Notes: a model not told the origin generated them from the letters alone. DNA of 64,000 bases from an uncultured Ignavibacterium sp. (GCA_937942875.1 CALEBT010000044.1:1677-65676), one strand, 5' to 3'. Positions 18,165 through 27,271 are shown, counted from the first letter of the stretch. A program made the numbers and translations.

Positions 18165-18650
18165 TCAATTATTTATCTGGCTCAACTCTTCTTTTTGCCT
18201 GAAATCCAGAACCTTTTCCAGATCTAAAAGAATTAATAACCTGTCTTCAAGCTTTCCAATAGCTGTAATATATTCTGAGTTCACACCTGATACTAATGAT
18301 GGTGGTGGCTCAGTGATATTTTTTGGAATTCGTAAAACTTCTCTTACTGAATCAACAATAAAACCAACTGTAATCCCGCTAACTTCAACAACTATAACTC
18401 TGGTATTATTATCGTGTTCTTTCCTGATTCTGTTTAGTCTTGTCCGTAAATCGATAATCGGAATAATTTTTCCTCTGAGATTAATTACTCCTTCAATAAA
18501 ATCCGGAGCATTTGGAATTTTAGTAATTGAAATAACTCTTATTATTTCTTCCACCTTTAGAATATCAATTCCAAACTCCTCATTATCAATATTAAAAGAA
18601 ACAAGTTGAAGTAATTCTTCTGATTCGTGATGTTTCTTTTCCAAACTCAT
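18165..18650 (-). CDS. cheW: Chemotaxis coupling protein CheW
   Basis: EFGIDI..V.EI, GVINLRGKIIPIIDLR, GFIVDSV. Confidence 0.95.
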   Translation of the reverse strand: MSLEKKHHESEELLQLVSFNIDNEEFGIDILKVEEIIRVISITKIPNAPDFIEGVINLRGKIIPIIDLRTRLNRIRKEHDNNTRVIVVEVSGITVGFIVDSVREVLRIPKNITEPPPSLVSGVNSEYITAIGKLEDRLLILLDLEKVLDFRQKEELSQINN

Positions 18651-18669
18651 TTTCCCTCCAATTAAACTT

Positions 18670-19035
18670 TCATTTCTGAACTGATTCTGGCTTTAAAGTT
18701 TTGAGATCTTCATTCACTTTAAATATTCTAACGGTTTCCCTTAAGTTATCAGTTAATCTATTCAGATCATCAACCGTACGAGCTACCTCCTGAATACCAC
18801 GTGCAGATTCATTAGTAACATTTCTCACATTTTCAGCAGTTCTGTTTGTATTCTTTGTTGTATGTAATATTGTTAAACTCATTTCTTCAATAGCACTTGC
18901 TTTTTCGTAAACCTGACTACTCAATTCTTGTGAACCAGTAGCCATTTCTTTAGCATTTGAGACAAATAATCTTGTTGAGTCAGATGTTTTTTACAAGAGT
19001 GATTCTACGGTTTTGTTAACTATTTTGTTAAACAT
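18670..19035 (-). pseudogene. Degraded methyl-accepting chemotaxis protein remnant (91-aa ORF 18670-18945 still open)
   Basis: In-frame MFNKIVNKTVESLL*KTSDSTRLFVSNAKEMATGSQE...; TAA at 18991-18993; MCP heptads retained but the signalling tip (QTNLLALNAAIEAAR) is absent. Confidence 0.65.
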
Positions 19036-19084
19036 TCTTGCCTTATAATTTTATTTATCGAATATCTCTTTTGGTTTTATATTA

Positions 19085-19111
19085 TTATCGAAATTTATTG
19101 AGGAAAGTTTA
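19085..19111 (-). promoter_or_regulatory. Sigma28 (FliA) promoter for the MCP remnant-cheW unit
   Basis: TAAA-N15-TTCGATAA; a second weaker TATA-N15-TTCGATAA at 19055-19081. Confidence 0.7.
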
Positions 19112-19212
19112 ATTTTTTTTAGAATGAATTAACTGATGTGAATGGACATAATTATTCAGAAGTATATTTGGTCACTAAAGAAAATAGGGAGAATCTTAGA
19201 AAATTTAAGCTT

Positions 19213-19461
19213 CTACGATTTTATTTCCTTAAGAATTTTTTCAGCAACTTTATTAAGCACCTCATCTGAACTATAGAAATTATTTCCCATCCGTTCTCTG
19301 ATTTGCTGAAGTTGTTGTTCTTTGGTTTTTTGAATTAAATCTTTAGCTTCTTTGGAAATTTCAAACACATCTACTCTCGAATTTTCTTTCTTTGATGAAA
19401 CTTTAACCTGATTCTTCTCATCAGGTAGAATCATTTTATTTAATATACCCCTTATTTCCAT
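19213..19461 (-). CDS. flgM: Anti-sigma28 factor FlgM-like protein
   Basis: 82 aa; D.FEIS.EA...IRER....FY.....KVAEKIL pattern; flagellar context. Confidence 0.7.
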   Translation of the reverse strand: MEIRGILNKMILPDEKNQVKVSSKKENSRVDVFEISKEAKDLIQKTKEQQLQQIRERMGNNFYSSDEVLNKVAEKILKEIKS

Positions 19462-19465
19462 ATAT

Positions 19466-19774
19466 TTACCTCATATAACTTAGTATTTTTTTCTTATTAC
19501 TGCTTGAAATAAGCATCTCCGAAATCTGACTTAATTTTTTTGTCCAAATTTTTATTTTATTATCGTATTCTTCTGAAATAAGTTTAGAGGTATAATCAAT
19601 TTTTTCGTTAATTTCTGGATTTTGTTCTAGAAATTGTGACTTTTCCAATTGAATAATTTCTTCTTTTAATTGAATCATTCGATTTTTAAGTGGATAGAAA
19701 TTCAATTCAAAATTATTTTCATCAATAGACTTTAAAGATATTAAAATATTTTCAAGTTCATTTATAATTTTCAC
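19466..19774 (-). CDS. Small helical protein, probable FliT-like chaperone
   Basis: Position after fliD, about 100 aa helical, ends K..LSY.R; inference from context. Confidence 0.4.
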   Translation of the reverse strand: MKIINELENILISLKSIDENNFELNFYPLKNRMIQLKEEIIQLEKSQFLEQNPEINEKIDYTSKLISEEYDNKIKIWTKKLSQISEMLISSSNKKKILSYMR

Positions 19775-19775
19775 T

Positions 19776-21551
19776 TTAAAATCCTTGCTGATTACTAATA
19801 TTATTCATAAAATAACTTTGATTTGAGATTAGAGCAGCTAACTGTGATTGCAGTTTTTGATACTCAGCTCGTAATCTTTCAGCAGACTTTGAGATATTTT
19901 TCTCTGACCTGTTGATTGTATCATTTACATAATTTACGCTTGAACTTAAATAATTCTGAGCCTTTTTAATATATCCTGCAGAACCAGAATATGGATCTAA
20001 GGCATCATATAGTAATTTGGAAAATCCTTGTGATGAATTGAAGAAATTTTCTACTTCAGATATATTATTCTCCACTAAGCTTTTTAACTGTGAATCGCTT
20101 GAGATACTCAAACCATTATCCACATTAAAAGTAATGCCTAATTTAGAAAGTGAATTCAGACTATTAGCTGGAAAACCCTGTAATGAATTAACGGCATAAT
20201 TATTTAATAAATTCAATAGTGAGCTTGCATTTGAATCACCTAATAATAGACCGCGTTTATCTTTCTTTGATGATGAGTTCTCTTTAAGAAACTTATAAAA
20301 TTCATTAAACGTTGAAATAAAACTTTCAATTTTTGATTTTACCGAGGATGAGTCATTGATTACAGTTAATATTACATCAGCTTCATTGGTTGCAGATAAT
20401 GAAAGTAATTTTAGATTTACACCAGAAATAAGATCATTTATTTCATTACTATTTCTTTGAACTTCCAGACCATTAAAGGTAAGTTTTGAATTCAATTGAT
20501 TTGTTTGATAAACAAATCCCGGAACATCATCACTGCTTTCATTCTGAACAAAGGTTGGTCTAGATGTTCCTATATTTAACCCAAAAGCCCCAAGCAGACC
20601 ATTTGTAGTGATATCTGAAATTTCAGTAAATCTGAAGTCATAACCTGAATTTTTAGTACTAAATGATATTTGAGTTTTACCAGAAATCGGCGAAAAAACT
20701 GAACTTGAAATAATTCCAGATGCAGCAAATTCTTTATCTGAGTTAATACCAAGTGAACTTAATAAATTATCACTATCATTTTTTAGTTGAATATATTTTG
20801 ATTTTTCAGAAGAAGTAATTTTTAATCCAAAAGAGCTTCCTGAAATTACCTTTTCTGCAGTAACACCATTTATAGAATTCAACTGACTTACAATGTTATC
20901 TATTATTTGTTCATAATTGCCTGCTGCGTAGTTAATTGTTTGTTCTGTTCCTCCATAGACAAATGTAAACGTACCACTATTGTTATGACTGCCAGATACA
21001 GTGTTGGATATTATTTCAGCATTATCATTATTAATTGCTTGATTAATTTTATTAGCAAGAGCTGAAAAAGAAATACTCCCATTGGAAAAATCGCTGGTAT
21101 TTAATGTAACCTTAACAATACTATTAAAAATTTCACCCTGACCATCACCCGCACGCAATTTAAATGAATATTCTCCGGGAGTAAATTCAGAAGTTAATTC
21201 ATTAGAGTTTTTATCTAAAGAAATTATTATATCATTTTTTGCAAGCTGATTAACTCTTAAACTATAATTTCCTGCAACAGCAGTTGAAGCAGCAGTAGCG
21301 ATAATCCTGCTTTCATTTGATGATTTTACTGTTTTTGCTTTAAAGACAGAATCTGTAGAATTATTTTTTAATACAGAAAGGGAATTCTTAAGAGAATCAA
21401 TGTAATTTAAAATTTTGCCGTAAGCCGAAGAGAGATTGTTATATTTTTCCTGTTTTGCCTTCAACGGATTAACTCTTTTTGACATTTCTGTCTGAATGTA
21501 AGAATTAACCAGTTGATTTATTCCCGAAGTTGTTAAAGCATTAATAGACAT
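19776..21551 (-). CDS. fliD: Flagellar filament cap protein
   Basis: SGI..LV, V.QLA, NG....R.SN.I.D.I.GV.L.L, G.L.GD motifs. Confidence 0.9.
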   Translation of the reverse strand: MSINALTTSGINQLVNSYIQTEMSKRVNPLKAKQEKYNNLSSAYGKILNYIDSLKNSLSVLKNNSTDSVFKAKTVKSSNESRIIATAASTAVAGNYSLRVNQLAKNDIIISLDKNSNELTSEFTPGEYSFKLRAGDGQGEIFNSIVKVTLNTSDFSNGSISFSALANKINQAINNDNAEIISNTVSGSHNNSGTFTFVYGGTEQTINYAAGNYEQIIDNIVSQLNSINGVTAEKVISGSSFGLKITSSEKSKYIQLKNDSDNLLSSLGINSDKEFAASGIISSSVFSPISGKTQISFSTKNSGYDFRFTEISDITTNGLLGAFGLNIGTSRPTFVQNESSDDVPGFVYQTNQLNSKLTFNGLEVQRNSNEINDLISGVNLKLLSLSATNEADVILTVINDSSSVKSKIESFISTFNEFYKFLKENSSSKKDKRGLLLGDSNASSLLNLLNNYAVNSLQGFPANSLNSLSKLGITFNVDNGLSISSDSQLKSLVENNISEVENFFNSSQGFSKLLYDALDPYSGSAGYIKKAQNYLSSSVNYVNDTINRSEKNISKSAERLRAEYQKLQSQLAALISNQSYFMNNISNQQGF

Positions 21552-21560
21552 AATACAATT

Positions 21561-21899
21561 CTAATTTTTAATTTGATTAAAAGCTTTAATCCAGGTCTCC
21601 CGCAATTCGGTTAAGATTCTTTTAACAATCTCATTATTGTTTTTTCTCATTTGATCTTGACAAAACTGATATATTCTGAATAAGCGTAATGAAATAGAGG
21701 CTACTTCTTCATTATCATAACGCAAAGCATTAATAAGAACCTGAATAGCATCATTTGTTTTTATCATATCTTTTTTCTCCGCATTAACAATAGCAAAATC
21801 ATAGACCTTAAGAAGCAACTTTTCTGGAGATGCATTCATTATCTCATTTATAAGATAAGAATTTGCTTTATGTGATTTATAAGTTAAAGTGTTTTGCAT
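21561..21899 (-). CDS. fliS: Flagellin chaperone FliS
   Basis: Y....IM.ASPEKLLL..YD.AI ... L.ELRE.W. Confidence 0.85.
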   Translation of the reverse strand: MQNTLTYKSHKANSYLINEIMNASPEKLLLKVYDFAIVNAEKKDMIKTNDAIQVLINALRYDNEEVASISLRLFRIYQFCQDQMRKNNNEIVKRILTELRETWIKAFNQIKN

Positions 21900-21921
21900 T
21901 TTTCATCCTCTGATTAAATTA

Positions 21922-21951
21922 TTAAAACCTCCCGAATAGATTCGGGAGGTT
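21922..21951 (-). terminator. Intrinsic terminator after the flagellin pair
   Basis: Minus strand AACCTCCCGAA-TCTA-TTCGGGAGGTT-TTAAT. Confidence 0.75.
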
Positions 21952-21965
21952 CGGTTGCTTAATAA

Positions 21966-22748
21966 TTATCTAAAAAGTGCAAGTAAATTCTGAGGAGCAA
22001 CATTAAGCTGAGCTAACTGCGCTGTACCAATCTGAATTCCTATCTGCCCTTTGGTTACGTTCAATTGCTCCAGTGCCATATCTGCGTCAAAGAACCTCGA
22101 TATTGTTGCAGTGTTGTTTGTTCTTGCCGCTGTTATGAACTCCTCTCTGGAATCAAATGTCTGTGCTTGATTACCAATATATCCCAAAGCTGTTTTAACA
22201 TTATTTCTGAAAGTAGTAATATTGTGTGTTAAGTTACCGCTGGTATTTTGTAACGCAGTGATATCTGAAGCATTATTACCAAGCTGTAAGCCAATATTAA
22301 CTGTCAGAGTTGTACCAGCTCCGAAGTTTTGGTTTGCTGAGGCAAGAACGTTAGCACCGTTAATTGATGTATTTGACAGGATGTTATTAATCTCGTCTGC
22401 CAACACTTGTACATCATTTGCGAGAGCAGCTTGATTTTTCAGTGGATCAAGTGCATCCTGTTGTTTTGCATCAATCTGATTGAGTTTATCAAGAACCTGC
22501 ATTAAGGCTGATTCACCGGTTGATAACCAGTTTTTTGCGGATGAGATATTACCAAGCTGGGCCTGATATCTCAAATTCTCGGCTTCCAATTCTTTACCAA
22601 CTCGGAATCCGGAAGTGTCGTCTGCTACTGAGTTGATTCGTTTCATTGTAGCAAGACGGAGTTGAGCTTTTGTTGTTTGAGCATTGACTTTTGCTAGTGC
22701 ATTATAAGCACTCAATGCATCAAGATTTGTGTTGATTTGGAAAGGCAT
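21966..22748 (-). CDS. fliC: Flagellin (minimal, 260 aa), downstream copy
   Basis: INTN..AL, RL....RINS.ADD, D.D.A.E, LAQ.N..PQ.LL.L. Confidence 0.9.
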   Translation of the reverse strand: MPFQINTNLDALSAYNALAKVNAQTTKAQLRLATMKRINSVADDTSGFRVGKELEAENLRYQAQLGNISSAKNWLSTGESALMQVLDKLNQIDAKQQDALDPLKNQAALANDVQVLADEINNILSNTSINGANVLASANQNFGAGTTLTVNIGLQLGNNASDITALQNTSGNLTHNITTFRNNVKTALGYIGNQAQTFDSREEFITAARTNNTATISRFFDADMALEQLNVTKGQIGIQIGTAQLAQLNVAPQNLLALFR

Positions 22749-22779
22749 AGATACCTCCTTGTTTGTTGTTTATAAATAA

Positions 22780-22799
22780 AACAAGCATCCTTGCTTGTT
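22780..22799 (-). promoter_or_regulatory. CsrA-type binding hairpin in the flagellin leader
   Basis: AACAAGCA-AGGA-TGCTTGTT, followed by a second GGA in the SD (AAGGAGGT). Confidence 0.75.
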
Positions 22800-22835
22800 A
22801 TTAATTAGGTGAAATCATAACCATAAATAGCAAAT

Positions 22836-22867
22836 TCCCTGGTCTAATCTAATTTCTAGACCAGGGA
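22836..22867 (-). other. Inter-flagellin stem-loop with only a weak U-tail
   Basis: Minus strand TCCCTGGTCTA-N10-TAGACCAGGGA followed by ATTTG. Confidence 0.65.
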
Positions 22868-22882
22868 TTAAAATCACTTAAA

Positions 22883-23665
22883 TTATCTGAAAAGTGCTAA
22901 TAAACTTTGCGGAGCAACATTAAGCTGAGCTAACTGCGCTGTACCAATCTGAATTCCTATCTGCCCTTTGGTTACGTTCAATTGCTCCAGTGCCATATCT
23001 GCGTCAAAGAACCTCGATATTGTCGCAGTGTTGTTTGTTCTTGCCGCTGTTATGAACTCCTCTCTGGAATCAAATGTCTGTGCTCGATTACCAATATATC
23101 CCAAAGCTGTTTTAACATTATTTCTGAAAGTAGTTATATTGTGCGTTAAGTTACTGCTGGTATTTTGTAACGCAGTGATATCTGAAGTATTATTACCGAG
23201 CTGTAAGCCAATATTAACTGTCAGTGTTGTACCAGCTCCGAAGTTTTGGTTTGCTGAGGCAAGAACATCTACTCCGTTTATAGTTGTATTTTGAAGAATG
23301 TTATTAATCTCATCGGCTAAAACAACAATATCATTTTGAATAGCAGCTTGATTTTTCAGTGGATCAAGTGCATCCTGTTGTTTTGCATCAATCTGATTGA
23401 GTTTATCAAGAACCTGCATTAAGGCTGATTCACCGGTTGATAACCAGTTTTTTGCGGATGAGATATTACCAAGCTGAGCCTGATATCTTAAATTCTCACC
23501 TTCCAACTCTTTACCAACTCGGAATCCTGATGTGTCATCTGCTACTGAATTGATTCGTTTCATTGTAGCAAGACGAAGTTGAGCTTTTGTCGTTTGAGCA
23601 TTGACTTTTGCTAGTGCATTATAAGCACTCAATGCATCGAGATTTGTGTTAATTTGAAATGGCAT
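22883..23665 (-). CDS. fliC: Flagellin (minimal, 260 aa), promoter-proximal copy
   Basis: As the downstream copy; 13 aa differences by manual alignment. Confidence 0.9.
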   Translation of the reverse strand: MPFQINTNLDALSAYNALAKVNAQTTKAQLRLATMKRINSVADDTSGFRVGKELEGENLRYQAQLGNISSAKNWLSTGESALMQVLDKLNQIDAKQQDALDPLKNQAAIQNDIVVLADEINNILQNTTINGVDVLASANQNFGAGTTLTVNIGLQLGNNTSDITALQNTSSNLTHNITTFRNNVKTALGYIGNRAQTFDSREEFITAARTNNTATISRFFDADMALEQLNVTKGQIGIQIGTAQLAQLNVAPQSLLALFR

Positions 23666-23698
23666 AACTACCTCCTTGTAGTTTTTTGTTAATGATAT

Positions 23699-23714
23699 TA
23701 AGCATCCTTGCTTA
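23699..23714 (-). promoter_or_regulatory. CsrA-type binding hairpin in the flagellin leader
   Basis: TAAGCA-AGGA-TGCTTA upstream of the AAGGAGGT SD. Confidence 0.75.
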
Positions 23715-23758
23715 TTTGTTTATTTGATCTTTAAAGAACAATTTTTAATTCTACCTTA

Positions 23759-23785
23759 TTATCGGAACTTAATTAAAAAAGTTTA
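23759..23785 (-). promoter_or_regulatory. Sigma28 (FliA) promoter for the flagellin operon
   Basis: TAAA-N15-TCCGATAA. Confidence 0.8.
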
Positions 23786-23928
23786 GTTTCTTTTTAATTT
23801 TCATTTCCATTAAAGAACAAAAGTAAATTCACTTTTATATTCGCAAGTGTATAGAAATAGTTTAGATGTAATTAGAAAAAAAATTTTATTTTTTTTGGAA
23901 GAGATAAATGAAGGATTTATTTAGCAGG

Positions 23929-24606
23929 TTATTCGAAATTATTTTGTTTAATTCTTCTTGCTCCCATATATCTTTTTGAATAATAATCTTCATCAAGTGA
24001 ATTGACTGTCACTCCATTTTTTGTATTAGCGTGAACAAAAAGATTATCCCATAGATAAATACCAACGTGTCCTGGCCTAACTCTTTTTCGAGTATTAAAA
24101 AACACAAGATCACCAAAATTTAAATCACTTTTATTATCAATAACTTCACCCTGAAGATATTGTTCACGGGCTGATCTGTTTAGATTTATTTCTAACACAT
24201 TTCTATAAATTGATTGAGTGAAACCACTGCAATCAATACCTTTTAATGAATTTCCGCCAAATTTATAAGGAGTTTTATAATATTTGACTATTTCCATCAG
24301 AAAGGCTTCTGTTTCACTAATTTTCTCAGAATTATTATTGTTGATACTCTCACTTTTAATTCGTTTTAATAAATCATATAAATCATAATTAGTTGAGTTA
24401 TCAGGTATATCACTAGGGTCTATTTCTTCAGGGACATCTTCATCATCTGCAATATAGGAAGTATCATTTTCAGAGGTAAATCGAATATCGGATTGTTTTT
24501 TGTTTTCTGTTTTATTCTTATTATAACGCTCAACTGATTGAACTGTAGAACATCGATAAAAAACCAATGACAGAAAAATAAATAACAACGAATATATTTT
24601 TACCAT
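23929..24606 (-). CDS. NlpC/P60 (C40) peptidoglycan endopeptidase, probable lipoprotein
   Basis: Signal peptide with Cys; PY.FGG....GIDCSG, GDLVFF, HVGIY, F.HA. Confidence 0.88.
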   Translation of the reverse strand: MVKIYSLLFIFLSLVFYRCSTVQSVERYNKNKTENKKQSDIRFTSENDTSYIADDEDVPEEIDPSDIPDNSTNYDLYDLLKRIKSESINNNNSEKISETEAFLMEIVKYYKTPYKFGGNSLKGIDCSGFTQSIYRNVLEINLNRSAREQYLQGEVIDNKSDLNFGDLVFFNTRKRVRPGHVGIYLWDNLFVHANTKNGVTVNSLDEDYYSKRYMGARRIKQNNFE

Positions 24607-24607
24607 A

Positions 24608-25459
24608 TTAACCTAAATATTGTTTAAGCTTTGAACTTATTTTTGAGCGTCTAAGTCTTCTCAAAGCTTTTTCTTTAATCTGTCTTACTCTTTCCCGGGT
24701 TAAATTAAATTTATCACCAATTTCTTCTAAAGTATGCGGTTGATTGCAATCTATACCAAAATATAATCTCAAAACTTCCTGTTCCCGCATAGTGAGAATT
24801 TTAATTGCTGTTTCTATTTCTTTGTGTAATGATTCCTTAATCAGTTCTCTATCAGGTGCTGGGGAATCTTCATTACTGAAAGTTTCGATATATGAATTCT
24901 CATCGTTATTAATAGGAGCATCTAAAGAAATTTTCCTTTGATTAATTCTGAAAGTCTCTTTGATTTCTTCAACATTCATATCAAGCAGTGCAGCAATTTC
25001 ATCAGAGCTGGGTTCTCTTTCGAATTCCTGTTCGAGTTTTGAATAAGTTTTACTTACTTTTGATAATGTCCCTACTCTATTTAAGGGAAGCCTGATAATT
25101 CTTGAATTCTCTGCAAGAGCCTGAAGTATTGATTGCCTTATCCACCAAACTGCATAAGAAATAAATTTAAATCCTTTGGTCACATCAAATCTTTTTACAG
25201 CTTTTATTAGTCCCACATTACCTTCATTAATCAAATCATTAAGAGATAATCCTTGATTTTGATATTGTTTAGCCACACTAACTACAAATCTGAGATTAGA
25301 TTTAATCAGTCTTTCTGTTGCCAGCTCATCTCCATTCCTGGCTTTAAGAGCTAGTTCAACCTCTTCATCAGGAGTTAATAATGGTTCTTTCGAAATATCA
25401 TTGAGATATTTATCTAAAGAAGCACTCTCTCTATTAGTTATTTGTTTAATGAGTTTCAT
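24608..25459 (-). CDS. RpoD/SigA-family sigma factor lacking region 1.1 (FCB type, 283 aa)
   Basis: [51 protein letters not shown]. Confidence 0.9.
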   Translation of the reverse strand: MKLIKQITNRESASLDKYLNDISKEPLLTPDEEVELALKARNGDELATERLIKSNLRFVVSVAKQYQNQGLSLNDLINEGNVGLIKAVKRFDVTKGFKFISYAVWWIRQSILQALAENSRIIRLPLNRVGTLSKVSKTYSKLEQEFEREPSSDEIAALLDMNVEEIKETFRINQRKISLDAPINNDENSYIETFSNEDSPAPDRELIKESLHKEIETAIKILTMREQEVLRLYFGIDCNQPHTLEEIGDKFNLTRERVRQIKEKALRRLRRSKISSKLKQYLG

Positions 25460-25476
25460 ATGAAAGTAAATTTTCC

Positions 25477-25854
25477 TTAAAGAAGAATAATCTCCACTTC
25501 TCCATCAGGATAAATATTTTTTCTTTTTGTAACTATTGCCAAATTATTAAAAAGCGCAACTAAATAAAACAAACAGTCCCTTGTATTATTAAAAAAAGCA
25601 GAATACTCGTTAACCTTCAAAGAATATCTTGGATGTAATCCCAAAACATTTATTGAATAAAGAAATTTAGTAACGGCTTCATTCTGAATTTTATTTTTGG
25701 TAAAAAAATATAATTCGCCTGCGTTTAAAACAGTAGTAAAACATTTACCTTCAGAAAGTATTTTCATCAAATCACTTTTTAGTTTTTCCCCATCATAATT
25801 CAGAAACTCAATAATTAAATCTGTTTCAATTAAAAATTGTTTCTCTTTCTTCAT
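25477..25854 (-). CDS. PIN-domain (VapC-like) protein, degenerate
   Basis: LIETD.II.FL ... AGEL ... DCL...A...N...VT spacing matches the PIN fold. Confidence 0.55.
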   Translation of the reverse strand: MKKEKQFLIETDLIIEFLNYDGEKLKSDLMKILSEGKCFTTVLNAGELYFFTKNKIQNEAVTKFLYSINVLGLHPRYSLKVNEYSAFFNNTRDCLFYLVALFNNLAIVTKRKNIYPDGEVEIILL

Positions 25855-25862
25855 ATTAAAAA

Positions 25863-26090
25863 TTATCCAAGCATTAATGGATTATTCTTTAAAATACCTT
25901 CACAATCTATCAAGTCCTTAAGTTGAAACGGTTCAATTTTTTGAACTTTTAAAATTCTTTCCAGAATTTCTATCTCATTAGACGAAAAATCATTAAAGAA
26001 ATATTCAGGATTAAATAAATAATAATTTCTGCCTTTTTCAATCCTAAAAGGAATTTGATCGGATTTTTTTCTTTGATTTTCTTTATTCAT
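25863..26090 (-). CDS. Small hypothetical protein (possible antitoxin-like partner)
   Basis: 75-aa ORF filling the deoB-PIN gap with 6-8 nt spacers. Confidence 0.5.
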   Translation of the reverse strand: MNKENQRKKSDQIPFRIEKGRNYYLFNPEYFFNDFSSNEIEILERILKVQKIEPFQLKDLIDCEGILKNNPLMLG

Positions 26091-26096
26091 AATAAA

Positions 26097-27260
26097 TTAC
26101 TGATTCAAAAAACTCATACCAGGGAAAAAAGTTTTCAACTTATAATATTCCGCAACTGTTTTAGCTACATCCGAAAAAGTTTTCCGAGTGCCTAAACTGA
26201 AGCCTCTTTTATTTTTTCCGTAATAAAGAAGAGGGACATATTCTCTGCTGTGATCTGTGCTGGGTGTAGTTGGATCATTTCCATGATCTGCAGTAATAAT
26301 TAATCTGTCATCAGGATATAATAAATTAATTAAGTAAGGAATATATTCATCGAATTCCTGAAGAGCTTTATAAAAACCTTCAACATCATTTCTATGCCCG
26401 TAATAAACATCAAAATCGACTAAATTAGCAAAAATCAGGCTTGAAGAAACAATTTGTGAATACTCGAAAATTGCTTTTATCCCTTCGAGATTTGATTTAG
26501 TATGTTCTATTACATTAAATCCACGATTATTAAACAAATCAGCTACTTTACCAATTGAAACTGTATTAACTCCATTTTTCTTTAAAACATCGATGAGAGT
26601 TTCCGAAGGTGGATCAATAGAATAATCTTTTCTGTTTGTTGTTCTAACATAATTTCCCTCTGAACCGACAAAAGGTCTGGCAATTACTCTGGCAACATTC
26701 AAAGGACTTTTTAAAACTTCTTTTCGGGTTATTTCACAAACCCTATACAGATTGTCTAAACCAAATGTTTCTTCGTGTGCAGCTATTTGAAAAACTGAAT
26801 CTGCCGAGGTATAAACGATCGGAAAACCAGTATCACAATGTTGTTTACCTAACTCTTTTATTATTTCAGTTCCGGAAGCTGCTTTGTTTCCAAGAACTCC
26901 TTTACAACCGGTTAATTCAATAAAAGATTTAATAATATTTTCAGGGAATCCATTTGGAAAGTAGTCGAAATCTTTATCTACTTTTAAACCTGCCAGTTCC
27001 CAATGGCCTGTTGTACTATCTTTTCCTTTTGATACTTCTGCAAGTTTTCCGAAAGAGGCTAAAGGGGCAGGATTCTTACTGACTCCTTGAATATCGGTAA
27101 TATTTCCCAAACCCAGTCTTTGAAAATTTGGTAACCAGAGTTTACCAATATGTTTACTAATGTTTTTTAGAGTATTGCTTCCTTGATCGCCATAATTACT
27201 TGCATCAGGCAGCTCACCAACTCCTACTCCATCTAATACAATTATTATAAAATTATTCAT
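26097..27260 (-). CDS. deoB: Phosphopentomutase
   Basis: VLDGVG.G, KDSTTGHWE, YTSADSVFQIAAHE, TADHGNDP, DHSRE. Confidence 0.95.
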   Translation of the reverse strand: MNNFIIIVLDGVGVGELPDASNYGDQGSNTLKNISKHIGKLWLPNFQRLGLGNITDIQGVSKNPAPLASFGKLAEVSKGKDSTTGHWELAGLKVDKDFDYFPNGFPENIIKSFIELTGCKGVLGNKAASGTEIIKELGKQHCDTGFPIVYTSADSVFQIAAHEETFGLDNLYRVCEITRKEVLKSPLNVARVIARPFVGSEGNYVRTTNRKDYSIDPPSETLIDVLKKNGVNTVSIGKVADLFNNRGFNVIEHTKSNLEGIKAIFEYSQIVSSSLIFANLVDFDVYYGHRNDVEGFYKALQEFDEYIPYLINLLYPDDRLIITADHGNDPTTPSTDHSREYVPLLYYGKNKRGFSLGTRKTFSDVAKTVAEYYKLKTFFPGMSFLNQ

Positions 27261-27271
27261 TAACGAAGAGT

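Noticed and set aside
18991-18993. Stop-codon read-through or recoding in the MCP remnant
   Set aside because: The stop is TAA, all other genes use the standard code, and no SECIS-like structure is seen; a nonsense mutation is simpler.
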